From NCBI GenBank assembly GCA_963706795.1, contig OY970170.1, positions 720,001 to 752,000 on the forward strand: 32,000 nucleotides of DNA, read 5' to 3'. The notes beneath the pieces were generated by a model. That model was given only the letters and a program-made list of their open reading frames with translations. It was not told the origin of the DNA and did not search any database. Source of the stretch: Candidatus Saccharimonadota bacterium (lineage in GTDB: Bacteria > Patescibacteriota > Gracilibacteria > BD1-5 > UBA2023). The position numbers and the translations under genes were made by a program. This document shows, one piece after another, positions 10,925 through 22,105 of the stretch (within the stretch, counting starts at the first letter, position 1; every line of letters begins with the position of its first letter).

Positions 10925-13237
10925 ATGAGAACCTTTTTTACTTCAGCAATCGTCTCAGTGCTTGCACTCTGAACGATAGGTCAGATGACCACATTTGCAG
11001 ACGTTACAGATACTTCACTCCTTATTAAGGATAAGCCGGTAGCTACTCCCGACTTTTCGGTGAAGACCTTTGCAAGCTGTACTGATATGCGTACAAAAGT
11101 AGCAGATTTCATGGAGCTCTATTACGAAAAGCATCCTCCATACCAGTATCCCATCTATGATAAGGGTGGACCAATGATGCTAGAAACTACTGCTCCAATC
11201 TCAGCAGTTCCTCCTGCTGCCGCAAATGTTGGACAGTCAACAGGCGGTAAGTCTGCTACTTCTGCCGATCATTCAACAACCAATAGTCGTACGATCGGCG
11301 TTGATGAGCCAGAGCGTGTAAAAACTGATGGAAATTACCTCTACTCTGCCAATGATACAGAGCATATGGTCTACATCCACAAAGCTGACGACACACTCCA
11401 GATTATTAAAAAGATCGCGCTTCCAGCGGAGTATTCAAATACCGAGCTCTTCGTTGATGGTGATCGTCTCGTGATTGTCGCAAGTAAATATGTATATAAC
11501 AATCTCTATCGTTCAGCTTGGATCGATCGCGCATCTAAGACGGTCGTAGTAACATATAATATCGCGGATATTAATAATCCAGTGATTGATCGTTACTACC
11601 AGATCGATGGGAACTATCGTGAAGCACGCCTCACAAATGGTGAGCTTACTGTGCTCTCAACTACGAGTTTTAATTTCCCATATGAGCGCTATGTTCGTCC
11701 ACACGTAAAGGGAACAGAGCTCATTATTGATACTGACAAACTCACAAGCGAATTTTCTTCTGCGAATGTTCTTCCTCGTAAGATCGAGATTGCACCAACG
11801 AGCAAGATCGACAATATTAATGACTACCTCACGGATTCTCGTAAGACTGCACGACTTCGTGAACTCTACGCGGGTAACTGTGCTGATGTGTCCTATGTTT
11901 TTCCAGATGCGAAGACACTTGAGTCATATAACTTTACGCCAAGTTTTACGGCCGTTACAACGCTCAATATCCGTAATAACAAGCAAAAATCACATACGAA
12001 ACTCCTCTTTGGAGATGTAGACAAGACCTATGTTTCGCCTACAAATAAACTCTATGTAACTTCGACACTTTACTCGCCATATTCAAATGCATGTCCTCCT
12101 GGGGCGATGTGTCTCATGAGATTTATGCAGTCAGGGACGAATACCCTCATTCATAAATTTGATCTCAGTAATCTCGGAGCACGCTACGAACAGACAGGAA
12201 TCGTCGGCGGATCGCTTCTGAGTGATTACGCAATCGATGAAGGAAGCGATGGAAGTGTCCGCGTAGTAACTCACAAGACAGACGGCAAGACCGACAATGT
12301 TGTATCAGTGCTTGGTAAAAATCTCATACCCGTATCTACTCTTGCCGGCATCGCTCCAACCGAAAATTTCCAATCTGCGAGATTTATCGGGGACAAGCTC
12401 TATCTCGTGACCTTTAAACAGATCGATCCACTCTTTGTAATCGACCTCGCGGATTCAAAAAATCCAAAGATTCTCGGTGAGCTCAAGATTCCAGGATATT
12501 CGACATATCTTCACCCATATGACGCGACGCACCTCATTGGTATCGGCTATGATACTTCGACAAATGAATGGGGAGGTACGCAAAATAATGGAATCAAGAT
12601 CGACCTCTATGACATCTCGGATTTTAAAAATCCAAAACAGCAGTCGACACTCACGCTCGGTAATGGACCAAGTACCTACTCTGACGCACTGAGCAATCCA
12701 CGCCTCTTTGTATGGCAAAAATCCAAGAATCTTCTCTATCTTCCAGCAAGTCTCTACAAGGTTCCGGATACAAAAAATCCATACCGATATAGCGACATTT
12801 TCCAGGGAGTTGTTGCACTCTCGATCACACCAGAAACTGGCGTAGTCGAAAAAGCCCGCACAACTCACCTCGATATCATCGACGACAAGACACTCGAAGC
12901 AGCTCGCACCAAAGAATGTCTCGCATATTCCGCACCAAAAACTCCCGTATGTAAGAAGCTCATCGGAGGTGGAGAATACTGTGAGTCAGCAGGTTCGACT
13001 TATGTCCCAAGCTATTGCTACGCGGATTCACCTATCTCAGAATACAAGGCCACACAGATCTGGAATTACTCAAATAATTTCATCGATCGAGTTCTGTATT
13101 CAGGAAACCGCCTCTTCACCTTCTCAAATGCTCGTATCGATTCACTCGATATCGACGCAGGACTCCTCCAGAAGGGAAGCGTCAAAATTATGACAGAAAG
13201 CGGTTCAGTGGTGCCTACGCCAAAGCCAATGTACTAA
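10925..13237 (+). CDS. secreted beta-propeller domain protein (COG4880 / Beta_propel family)
   Basis: Extended upstream through TGA 10970 to ATG 10925, which yields the signal peptide MRTFFTSAIVSVLAL[G]TIG. Family hallmarks: VDEPERVKTDGNYLY and ARFIGDKLYLVTFKQIDPLFVIDLADSKNPKILGELKIPGYSTYLHPYDATHLIGIG. Confidence 0.85.
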
Positions 13238-13248
13238 AAAAAGATCCT

Positions 13249-13294
13249 AAAATTCCCCCCTCCTTCGCACAAGGCTTTGGAGGGGGAATTTTTA
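13249..13294 (+). terminator. rho-independent terminator
   Basis: aaaattcccccctcc...ggagggggaatttt is a long GC-rich stem followed by a T run. Confidence 0.85.
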
Positions 13295-13460
13295 AATTCG
13301 CAGAATAAAAAAATTTTGTCTTCAAAAATTAATAAATAATTAATAATTATGGATATTGTAGGTTGGTAAGGGTCGAGCTTTCAAGGAGGAAGCTCGACCC
13401 TTGCTTTGTGTCTGCACAGCATTCGTGCCAGTCTATACATATTTCTTCTCCTTTTTCTTC

Positions 13461-16400
13461 ATGAATTCACTTCGCAAGAAAGTATGTGCCATCTGGATGA
13501 TCGCACTCATAGTATCATCCCATCTCAGTATTGTAGAGGCCTCGAGTGGCCTGACTGACTTGGATAATTCGATCAACTCAAATCAATGAAATATAGAATC
13601 AAAGAAATGAATGGAGGAAGGAAGTGGAGGGATGCTCTCATGAGCTACTTTTACCGGAAACCTCTTGCCGGTATTAGCTCCTGAAAGTATTAACCTCGCT
13701 CCGGAGTCTCTTAAAATAGATACACCAACAATATTTACTGGGGCTACTGCCACAGGAACATCATTGTCTGGTGCAAGTCTCAAAGACGCCCCAGCCATCG
13801 ACTACAGTACCTATAAATATTACTCAGGATCATTTCTCTATAACGGTATAAGCTATGGGAATGGACTCTATTCCGATGATCTAGGGCTTCCACAATCGAA
13901 TATCCCAAATGTTCAAATTTATAGTTATAACGATTATCAAAAACTCAACACACCAAAAACCAAGACATTAAGTGCAAAGACATTCTCAACTCAGTCAACT
14001 CAGGGTGCTCAAGTATTTTCTATATCTTCGACAGGCCTTATTGGAAAGTGGGACTTAAATGGTAGTCCGGCTGATAGTAGTGGAAATGGAAATAATGCTG
14101 TAGCGAGCAATATGACATGGCCTAACGATTCTTCACTTACCGTGCAGAATAGTGTCGGAAATTTTAATGGCACAAATAGTTATTTAGATGCAGGTGATCC
14201 TTACGTATCAGGTGGAAGTTACATCATTTCTGGTTGGATCAAATCAACTGTTCCAGCAACTTCGGGTGATTACAATATCATCTATCGATATTCAGACTCT
14301 GCTGGTTATGACACGAGTCGAGTGTATTTTGGAGGATACGGCACCAATGCTCTCTATTGGAAGTTTATCACCGGTAATAATGCCGACGCAAATAATACCT
14401 TTGTTATCAGCAAAACATTTAACTCAAATCAGTGGTATCATGTTATCTTTGAGCTCGATAATGTAGACAAGAAAGCGCGATTTTATCTTGATGGTTCCCT
14501 CTATGCTCAGCAAGCATTCACGGGTGAAGTTTCAAAATCAAATCTTTCAGGACCACATAAGCTGTATTTCTGAAATCGATGGTACAATTCACAAAATGAA
14601 GGATGGAGTGGTAAAATGGCGCTTTTACGTTTTTTTAAGCGAGAGAAACTCTCGTCTTCTGAGGTGCAATCTCTCTATTCTGAAGGACTCTCGGCTCCTC
14701 CGACTCCATCCACCTCGGTGCCCTCTAGTATGTACCCCGCACCCTACCTCAGTGCTTACGCATGATCAACCTCCCAAATCGTAAACCGCAATAGTTTCCT
14801 CATTGGTGGTATGACGCTTGGATCGGACTCACTTATTGATCAACATTGGTCACTTTGAAACGACAAACATGGTGCAAAAAATGCGAGTGATGATGCAGCT
14901 GATCCTGTAAATCTCTCGAATGGTGAATTTACCTACGACAATACATTCGCGCATATTCCTGGCGTAAAAATCCCGTATGATTTTTCGCTCACTTATCGCA
15001 ATCAGTTGACCTACGATGGGCCGGTGGGGAATAGCTTCGATCACAATTATAATATCTTCCTCGCCGAAAATGCAGGGGATGGATCGGTGAGCTTGTATAA
15101 TGGGAAGCTCGGGATATTTAATTTTGCAGCTTCGGGATCGACATTTGCATATAGCCCTGGACTGAAGGCGAATCTGACAAAGAACGCGGGGCTGTACACG
15201 CTGACTTTTGATGATGGGATGGTGTATTCTTTTGGAACCAATCTCAAAATCTCAAAGCTTGCAGATCGCTATGCGAACGCACTCAATTTTGCTTATAACA
15301 CAGATAAGCAACTCACGACCGTGACGGATACGCTTGGTCGCGTGATTACGTATGCGTACAACGCAAATGCACGACTCTCGAGTGTAACAGACTTCAATGG
15401 AAGGGCGGTAAATCTCGCGTATTACGCAGCAGGTGATGCGGGTGGATCGGCGAATGATCTCAAGTCGGTGACGATTGCTGTTGGTGCGAGTACAAAGACT
15501 ATCTCATTTAGCTATACAGGATCGCACAATCTCCAAAATCTCATTGATGCGAAGGGGCAGACATATGTTACCAATACCTATGACACCAACAATCGCGTCC
15601 TCAGTCAGGTCTATGGATCAGGTACGACGAGCTATATATATGCGCTTACCGGCTCGATTGTAGCGACAAATACGGTAACTAATGCCAATGGTACTCAGAC
15701 GAAATATACTTTTGATGCCAATGGGAATACCACAAAGCGTGAGATTAATGATCTCACTGGTACAGGTGTAACGGTCTACAATTACGTATTTGATGCCAAT
15801 GCGCGTCTTATCAAGACGATTCTGCCTCGTGGGAATGGCAGCACATACAAATATGACAGCCGTGGTAATGTGATTGAGAAGCGTGAAAAAACCGATGCAA
15901 ATGCGGTAGATGGATCGTCTGATCTTGTGACGAACTATGTCTATGATGGCGTGTTTGATGTGCCTACGAGCATGACGCTCCCAAATGGATTTCAGAAGAG
16001 TTTTGTACTCGATGGAACAGGGAATATTCTCCAAGAAAGTGCTACGGGTATCATCAATCCCGATGCTACGACCTACAACACGACGACCGTTTACGAATAC
16101 AACCCTCAGGGCCTTCTTGCTAAAAAAACTGATGCTGAGGGGAATCAAACGACCTATGCGTATGGTTCTGGTCAGGTTATTACGGTGACGCATGGGACGG
16201 GCAGTATTGCTTCTACCGAATCTCTGAGTTATGACGCCTATGCGAATATCCTCACGAGTACTAATGGAGAAGGGAAAACTACCACATTTACCGTGACACC
16301 ATTTAATCTCACGGCGAGTGGTAAAACTACCGAAGGTATCGAAACTCGTTTTATCTATGATGCCAATAACAACAAAACCCGCCAAGAGACCTACACCCAA

Positions 16401-19400
16401 AGTGGAGGAATTGTCGGAGTGATCACATACGAATACGATATCCTCGATCGTCTCGCTAAAAAAACCACGCAGGTAGATGCGACAACATCGCTCGTAACCG
16501 TCATGACTTACGACCCAAATGGCAATATTCTCACAAACAAAGAAGGTTCCGGCGCGACTATCAAATATACCTACGACGCCATGAATCGCGCTACCGAAAA
16601 GCGCATTGTCATGGACCCAAATAATGCTTCGCTCGATATCGTGACAAGCTTTGTATATGACCGTAATGGTAATCAGATAAGAGTGACCGATCCGCTTGGC
16701 AATCAGACGATTTCTAATTTTGATCTCTTCGATCGCCCAATTAAAAAGACCGATCCGACTAGTACATACGCAACCTATTCATATGACAAAATAGGGAATG
16801 TTACTGAGGTTGATGCGTATAGCACAGGCAATACGCTGCTTCAAAAGACGACTTCGCTCTATGACGGACTCGGGCAAAAAATCCAGACGACTGCTTTTGA
16901 TCTCACAAATGCAACGCCCGTAAATATCGTCACAAGCCTCAAGTACGACAAAAATGGACATCCCAAAGAATCCACCGATGCCAAAGGCAACAAAACAACC
17001 ACGACATATGACAGTCTCGGGCGACCATCTCAGATTACAGATGCACTTGGTAACAAAACGACCAGTGCCTACGACAAGCGCAATCTCGTCATCTCAAAGA
17101 GCATCGTCCCAAATACGGGTACAGGTGTCATCACAACCACTTCGCTCTATGACAATGACGGCCGCCTCACTCAAGAGACCAATAATCTTGGGAAGACAAA
17201 AGCCCTGAGCTATAACGCTCTCGGACAGGTAATCAGCGCAAAAGACGAAGAAAATAACATCACCAACTACGCCCGCAATTTTATCGGGAAGCCCACTACA
17301 GAGACTAAATATCTCTCTGGAGGAACGACTGTAGTCACGGGTTACAGTTATGACGAACGTGGCAATCTCACATTGATCACGGACGCAAAAAACAATGCGA
17401 CAGCCTATCAATATGACGCACTCAATCGCACAACCAAAGTCACCTATCCAGACAGCAAAATCCTCGTATCTGTCTATGACAAAAATTCCAATCTCACGAG
17501 CCAAACTGATCCAAATGGGACGGTCGTAGCAAATGTCTATGATCCTCGCAATCTCCTGACCACTAAGACTATCACTACAGGAACGGGGGTCATCGGTATC
17601 ACTTCCGAGGCCTACAGTTATGACGCACTTGGCCGACTCATCTCCGGCAATGACAGCAATCTGAGTAAGCTCGATTTTTCCTATGATAGCCAAGGAAGGC
17701 TCTTGTCTGAGACCAACTCTGGTACAGTGGTCGGGTACAATTATGATGCCAATAACAATCTCACGAAGCTCATCTATCCTGATCTCCGAGAACAGGTCTA
17801 TGGCTACGACGCTCTCAATCGTGCGACAAATATCACCTACAGCGGAGGTACGATTGCCACATATAGCTACAGCGGTATTGTAAATACCGGCATCACCTAC
17901 GGCAATGGAAAAACTGTCGCTCAGACCTTCGATGGGGTATTAAGGCTTCAGTCGCTAAATAATGGGATAAATTCGTATACCTACAGCTATGATGGCGTCT
18001 GAAATATCCTCGCCGACGGACAAAAGAACTACGCCTACGACACCCTCTATCGCCTCACTAATGCGAGCAGCGCACAGAGTGGAACAACCCTCGAATCCTT
18101 TAATTATGACAAAGCCGGCAATCGCACGAGCGATCTTGGGAATGCCTACACGAGCAATGCACTGAACCAATATTTGTCACTCTCAGGAGCCACGAATGTC
18201 GTCTACATCTACGATAATAACGGCAATATCACCGACAACGGCCGATATACATTCCAATACGACTACAAAAACCGTCTCCTCAAAGTAAATTCTGGCAGCA
18301 CCAACATCGACGAATTTACCTACGACATCCTCGGTCGCCGTATCACCAAAAAATCTGGCAACGAAACGACCAAATACGTATTCGCCGACAAAAATATCCT
18401 CACCGAAGCCCGCACCCAAAGTGGCTCAACCACCTTCCACAAAACCTACATCAACGGCCTCGGTACCGACAATCTCCTCGCCTATGACAACGAGGAAGTC
18501 AATCTCTCTCCAAGCGACAAGGAAGAACTCGGTTTCTGCAACACGAATGTTCTCTCTGCAACTGGGAGCTTCATCAAGTATGGCTACCAAAATATCGTAG
18601 ATCGATGTAATACACTCGGTAACTCAGGTTCAACCATCGTCACTAATCGATACTTCTTCCACAAGAATCATCTTGGAAGTGTTGTAGGGCTTACGAATAA
18701 CACATGAGTTCTCGTAGCAGAGTACCAATACGATACCTTCGGAAATCCTTCAGTACGAACATGAACTGGAGTATTCACCAAGGTTACACAAACATCACAG
18801 CTTTCATATGACAATACTCGATTCTTCACTGGGCGAGAATATGACAAAGAAATCGGACTCTATTACCTAAGAGCGAGATTTTATGATCCAACAACTGGAA
18901 GATTCATATCTAGAGATCCTATAGGTCAGAATGATCAGGTGAATCTGTATACGTATGTTGGGAATAATCCGTTAGGGTTTGTGGATTTGATGGGGATGAG
19001 TAGCAAACCGGCTGCTCTTACAGATAAAGAAAGATTTGAAAAGATTTCACAATTCATGCAGAGTAAAACATTTAGAAATTCTCTTTATAAAGAAGGCAAT
19101 ACTCAATCAATAGATTATTTGTGGGTATATTCGTTGCAAATTTCTAATTGAAATGTTCGTGATGCTTTTTCAACTATAAACAGTGCTGTCAGAGGTGTTC
19201 CACAGTATGATGAAGATGAAGTTGCTCAAAGTATTCGCAATTGAGTTATCCCTACTGGTTTAACATGAAAATATGAAGGTGGCGAATATGGCAATAAAGA
19301 TAAACTTCAACATTTCTTTAAGGCAGCTCAAATTTCCTATGTATTATCTGTATCGAATGATGTTGATATAGGGGGTGCAACAGTTGAAATTCTCTGACAA

Positions 19401-19568
19401 GGTAAAGAGATATTTCTAGATGAAATTCCGTATGCTTTCCATATTAAGGATGAGTGATATGATGCAAAGGATATAGACGCGAATAGAACTGGTGCCCAAT
19501 TCGGAAGATATCTAAAGAGGTATGAGAATTCAAGTGGTAATGTTTTACCCTCTTCTATTATTAAATAA
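13461..19568 (+). CDS. RHS/YD-repeat polymorphic toxin, WapA-like (signal peptide, LamG, YD repeats, RHS core, C-terminal toxin CT1)
   Basis: Track ORFs 13401-, 13665-, 15006-, 18174- and 18939- all lie in frame 0 and fuse through 14 TGAs with no TAA/TAG, giving 2035 aa. Signal: MNSLRKKVCAIWMIALIVSSHLSIVEA. Dozens of YD repeats (YxYDxxGNxxxxxD). Core end: RFFTGREYDKEIGLYYLRARFYDPTTGRFISRDPIGQNDQVNLYTYVGNNPLGFVDLMGM. Stop is TAA 19566. Confidence 0.92.
14034..14687 (+). other. LamG / concanavalin-A-like lectin domain of the RHS protein
   Basis: GKWDLNGSPADSSGNGNNAV...FNGTNSYLDAG...ISGWIKS...NQWYHVIFELD...ARFYLDGSLY...GKMALLRFFKREKLSSSEVQSLY matches the LamG_3 pattern. Confidence 0.75.
18641..18998 (+). 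repeat. RHS core 3' homology block, copy A (in the full-length gene)
   Basis: cactaatcgatacttcttccacaagaatcatcttggaagtgttgtagggcttacgaataacacatgagttctcgtagc... recurs at 20040. The first ~75 nt have only a few mismatches; the remainder is clearly homologous but more diverged. Confidence 0.9.
18999..19565 (+). other. CT1: variable C-terminal toxin domain of the full-length RHS protein (function unknown)
   Basis: Begins immediately after the ...VDLMGM core boundary, where similarity to the two downstream cassettes stops abruptly. 189 aa, with 5 in-frame TGAs. Confidence 0.7.
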
Positions 19569-19577
19569 GATGATCTT

Positions 19578-20036
19578 ATGTATAAAAAGTGGCTTGTTGC
19601 AGTTTTAGTTGTGTGGATTTTATTATCTCTTTTGTCGATGATAAATAGCAAATATTTTGTCAGCGATGTCCAGCACACAGAAAGTGTAAATATACTAAAT
19701 AAATCGACAGCAAATATTCAGATTAAGACACCACAGAGCTCCTCCTTTTTATATCCAGGAGAAAAGAGTGCTTTTCAAGTGGATATAAAAAAGTCTATTC
19801 AAGAAAGAATGTTTCAGATTCTAAATAGCAGTGGAGCTGTTATTTTCAGCTATCGGGACTTTGTCAGGCCTGCTAATGATAACGTGACTTGATATGAGGA
19901 GGCTCTAAAGGGAATTTATACCACAGGAAGTCTTTCTGTCCATACAACAGTGAGTCATAAAACAGACGCATACTACTTTCCGTTTTATATACTTAACGAG
20001 ATTATGGAACATGCGATCCATATTGATGTTAATTAA
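19578..20036 (+). CDS. putative immunity protein 1 (N-terminal membrane anchor)
   Basis: Starts 9 nt after the RHS stop. MYKKWLVAVLVVWILLSLLSMI forms a TM helix. One TGA (19890) is read through to TAA 20034. The assignment rests on its position immediately downstream of the toxin tip. Confidence 0.6.
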
Positions 20037-20868
20037 TATCACTAATCGATACTTCTTCCACAAGAATCATCTTGGAAGTGTTGTAGGGCTTACGAATAAC
20101 ACATGAGTTCTCGTAGCGGAGTACCAATACGATACCTTTGGAAATCCCTCTGCTAGATCAGGAAGCGGAGCATTCACAAAGATTACTTCAACTACTTCGA
20201 CACTCTACGACAATACTCGACTCTTCACTGGGCGAGAATATGACAAAGAACTCTCACTCTACTACCTAAGAGCGAGATTCTATGATCCAACAACTGGAAG
20301 ATTCATCTCACGAGATCCGATTGGGCAAAATGACCAGATTAATCTCTATGTATATGTCGGTAATAATCCGATGAGATTTGTGGATTTGATGGGGATGAAG
20401 ACAAAAATAGTCGCGACAATCACAATTTATTCCAGCAATGGATGAGCCTCAAGCGATTGAGATATTAGTGCTTGACATAGTTGGATTGAAATCACAAACA
20501 AGAGTACCAATATAACAATCACTTACTGACTATGGCCTAATAGATGATGAGAGGATGAGCCGAAATGGAAGGCTAAGCCTATCTTTAATGGTATTCAGAC
20601 TAATGGTCCAGAAAAATCGTATACTGAAAATGACTACAAACAAGCCGCATCTTTAACAATGTCACTAAACAAAGATCAATTAAAAGCAGTGAGAAGCAGT
20701 ATAGCAGATCAAATTGTTGACTGAAAGACCTGGGGTAACTTTGCACCTTGCTCAGACTTTGCATCGAATGTATGGAATTCTGTATCTAACAATACACTAG
20801 AAGATAGAAACGATTTTGGTCTAAGTAATCCGACTACTTTATTGAATTCTATTAACTCTTATAAGTAA
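20026..20868 (+). CDS. orphan RHS C-terminal cassette 1 (core fragment + toxin CT2)
   Basis: Homology to 18641-18998 starts at 20040. The frame is open back to ATG 20026, overlapping the immunity-1 stop. Peptide: (M)LINITNRYFFHKNHLGSVVGLTNNT[G]VLVAEYQYD...NNPMRFVDLMGM, followed by an unrelated 156-aa tip with 7 TGAs. Stop is TAA 20866. Confidence 0.8.
20040..20397 (+). repeat. RHS core 3' homology block, copy B
   Basis: Collinear with 18641-18998 and the same length (358 nt). Confidence 0.9.
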
Positions 20869-20873
20869 TTAAT

Positions 20874-21248
20874 ATGAAAAAATTCCTCACTATTCTGCTG
20901 GTAGCAATAGCATTATGATTAGTTATTTTCATATATGCTAAATATTTCTGGAAAGGCTCTTATATCCAAAATGGATGACAGAATATAAGAGTGCAATTAC
21001 GCTCTAGTGATGTAGAGTTTACTGTATCACCTATATCTTCTGCAAACTGAATAACTGCCATAGATACAAGATTAGATATCTCTAAGCGTAAAATTTATGT
21101 ATGGTATTATGCCAAATTTGTCAGTTTATTGAGTGGGCAAGGAGATTGAGGTAATACTCACATAAATATACCTGGAGAATATACTGTTATTTATTTAAAT
21201 CCTGATGGCACGGAACAGTTCATACAGACTATTTCTATAGAAAAATAG
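20874..21248 (+). CDS. putative immunity protein 2 (N-terminal membrane anchor)
   Basis: ATG sits 5 nt after the CT2 stop. MKKFLTILLVAIAL[G]LVIFIYAKYFW forms a TM helix. 124 aa, 4 in-frame TGAs, TAG stop at 21246. Confidence 0.6.
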
Positions 21249-21251
21249 TCA

Positions 21252-22079
21252 GATCCCTCTGTAAGATCAGGCACTGGAACATTCACAAAGATTACTCCAA
21301 CTACTTCGCCACTCTACGACAACAGTCGACTCTTTACTGGACGAGAATATGACAAAGAAATCGGACTCTACTACCTAAGAGCGAGATTCTATGATCCAAC
21401 AACTGGTCGATTTATATCACGAGATCCGATTGGGCAAAATGACCAGATTAATCTCTATGTCTATGTTGGGAATAATCCGTTAGGGTTTGTGGATTTGATG
21501 GGAAGAGAAAGTAAACCAGTGGTGCAGGTTTTTAGTAATGCAAAGAATGATATAAGTAAATTTCATGAAAACTTAGCACTACTAAGATCTAATACTAGCT
21601 GAAAGATGCAGACGATATTGGATAAACTATATCTTCCTTACAATGTAGACGAACCAAGTTCAAGGCCACTTGTTTATGCATATTATTTTAATTTAGAATA
21701 TCATGGCACAGTGCGCGGTGTTACTGGTGAGGGAAAGTATGATTTAGCACTTGGACAAAATGGCTGAGTGAATGCTATGTCATCTTATACGGCTGACGAT
21801 ATGTTTAATATACGTTGAACAAAAATTCCAGTAGCACAAGTTTCCAATGTTCTGACGGCTTTGAATGCATACCGCTTAGGTATTTCTGAAGATGAGCTTA
21901 AGACTGGTGCTATGGCAACGGTAGTTGCTTGAGGAGGGAATGGTATAAAATGAGAGATAAAAGACCATATTCTTTATGATGCAGGATATCAACTCGGTGA
22001 ACTTGAGAGATCGGGTGTATTAACAGATGAGATTCTTCTTCAGAAGCTTATTGATGCATCTCAAAAACGAGGTGACTAA
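21252..22079 (+). CDS. orphan RHS C-terminal cassette 2 (shorter core fragment + toxin CT3), no start codon at its 5' boundary
   Basis: Homology (atccctct..agatcagg...) starts at 21253, matching 20144 and 18745. It is in frame with immunity 2, directly after that gene's TAG. Peptide: ...FTGREYDKEIGLYYLRARFYDPTTGRFISRDPIGQNDQINLYVYVGNNPLGFVDLMG, then a unique 191-aa tip with 5 TGAs. The first in-frame GTG/TTG/ATG are at 21489-21498. Stop is TAA 22077. Confidence 0.75.
21253..21503 (+). repeat. RHS core 3' homology block, copy C (5'-truncated)
   Basis: Collinear with 18745-18995 and 20144-20394. Confidence 0.9.
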
Positions 22080-22105
22080 CTCAATATTTCTTATCTTAGA
22101 TTGCT

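Noticed and set aside
13401-13460. TTG 13401 as the start of the RHS protein.
   Set aside because: It would place 20 odd residues (LCVCTAFVPVYTYFFSFFF) in front of a textbook signal peptide that begins at ATG 13461. It is kept only as an alternative in the hairpin finding.
15618-16400. 260-aa minus-strand ORF, together with other antisense or off-frame ORFs inside the RHS gene (15047-15247, 16779-16961, 17094-17693, 17955-18170, 18183-18419, 15475-15663, 15985-16188, 16954-17208, 17683-17883).
   Set aside because: They lie entirely within the strongly supported YD-repeat reading frame. They have low-complexity Arg/Ile-rich composition, no RBS and no homology signal. They are typical shadow ORFs of a repetitive gene.
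18641-21503. The three repeated ~250-360-nt blocks as a CRISPR array or an IS/transposon repeat.
   Set aside because: The repeats are coding (the RHS core C-terminus) and far longer than CRISPR repeats. They are separated by ~1.0-1.2 kb of gene-sized unique sequence and lack terminal inverted repeats or a transposase.
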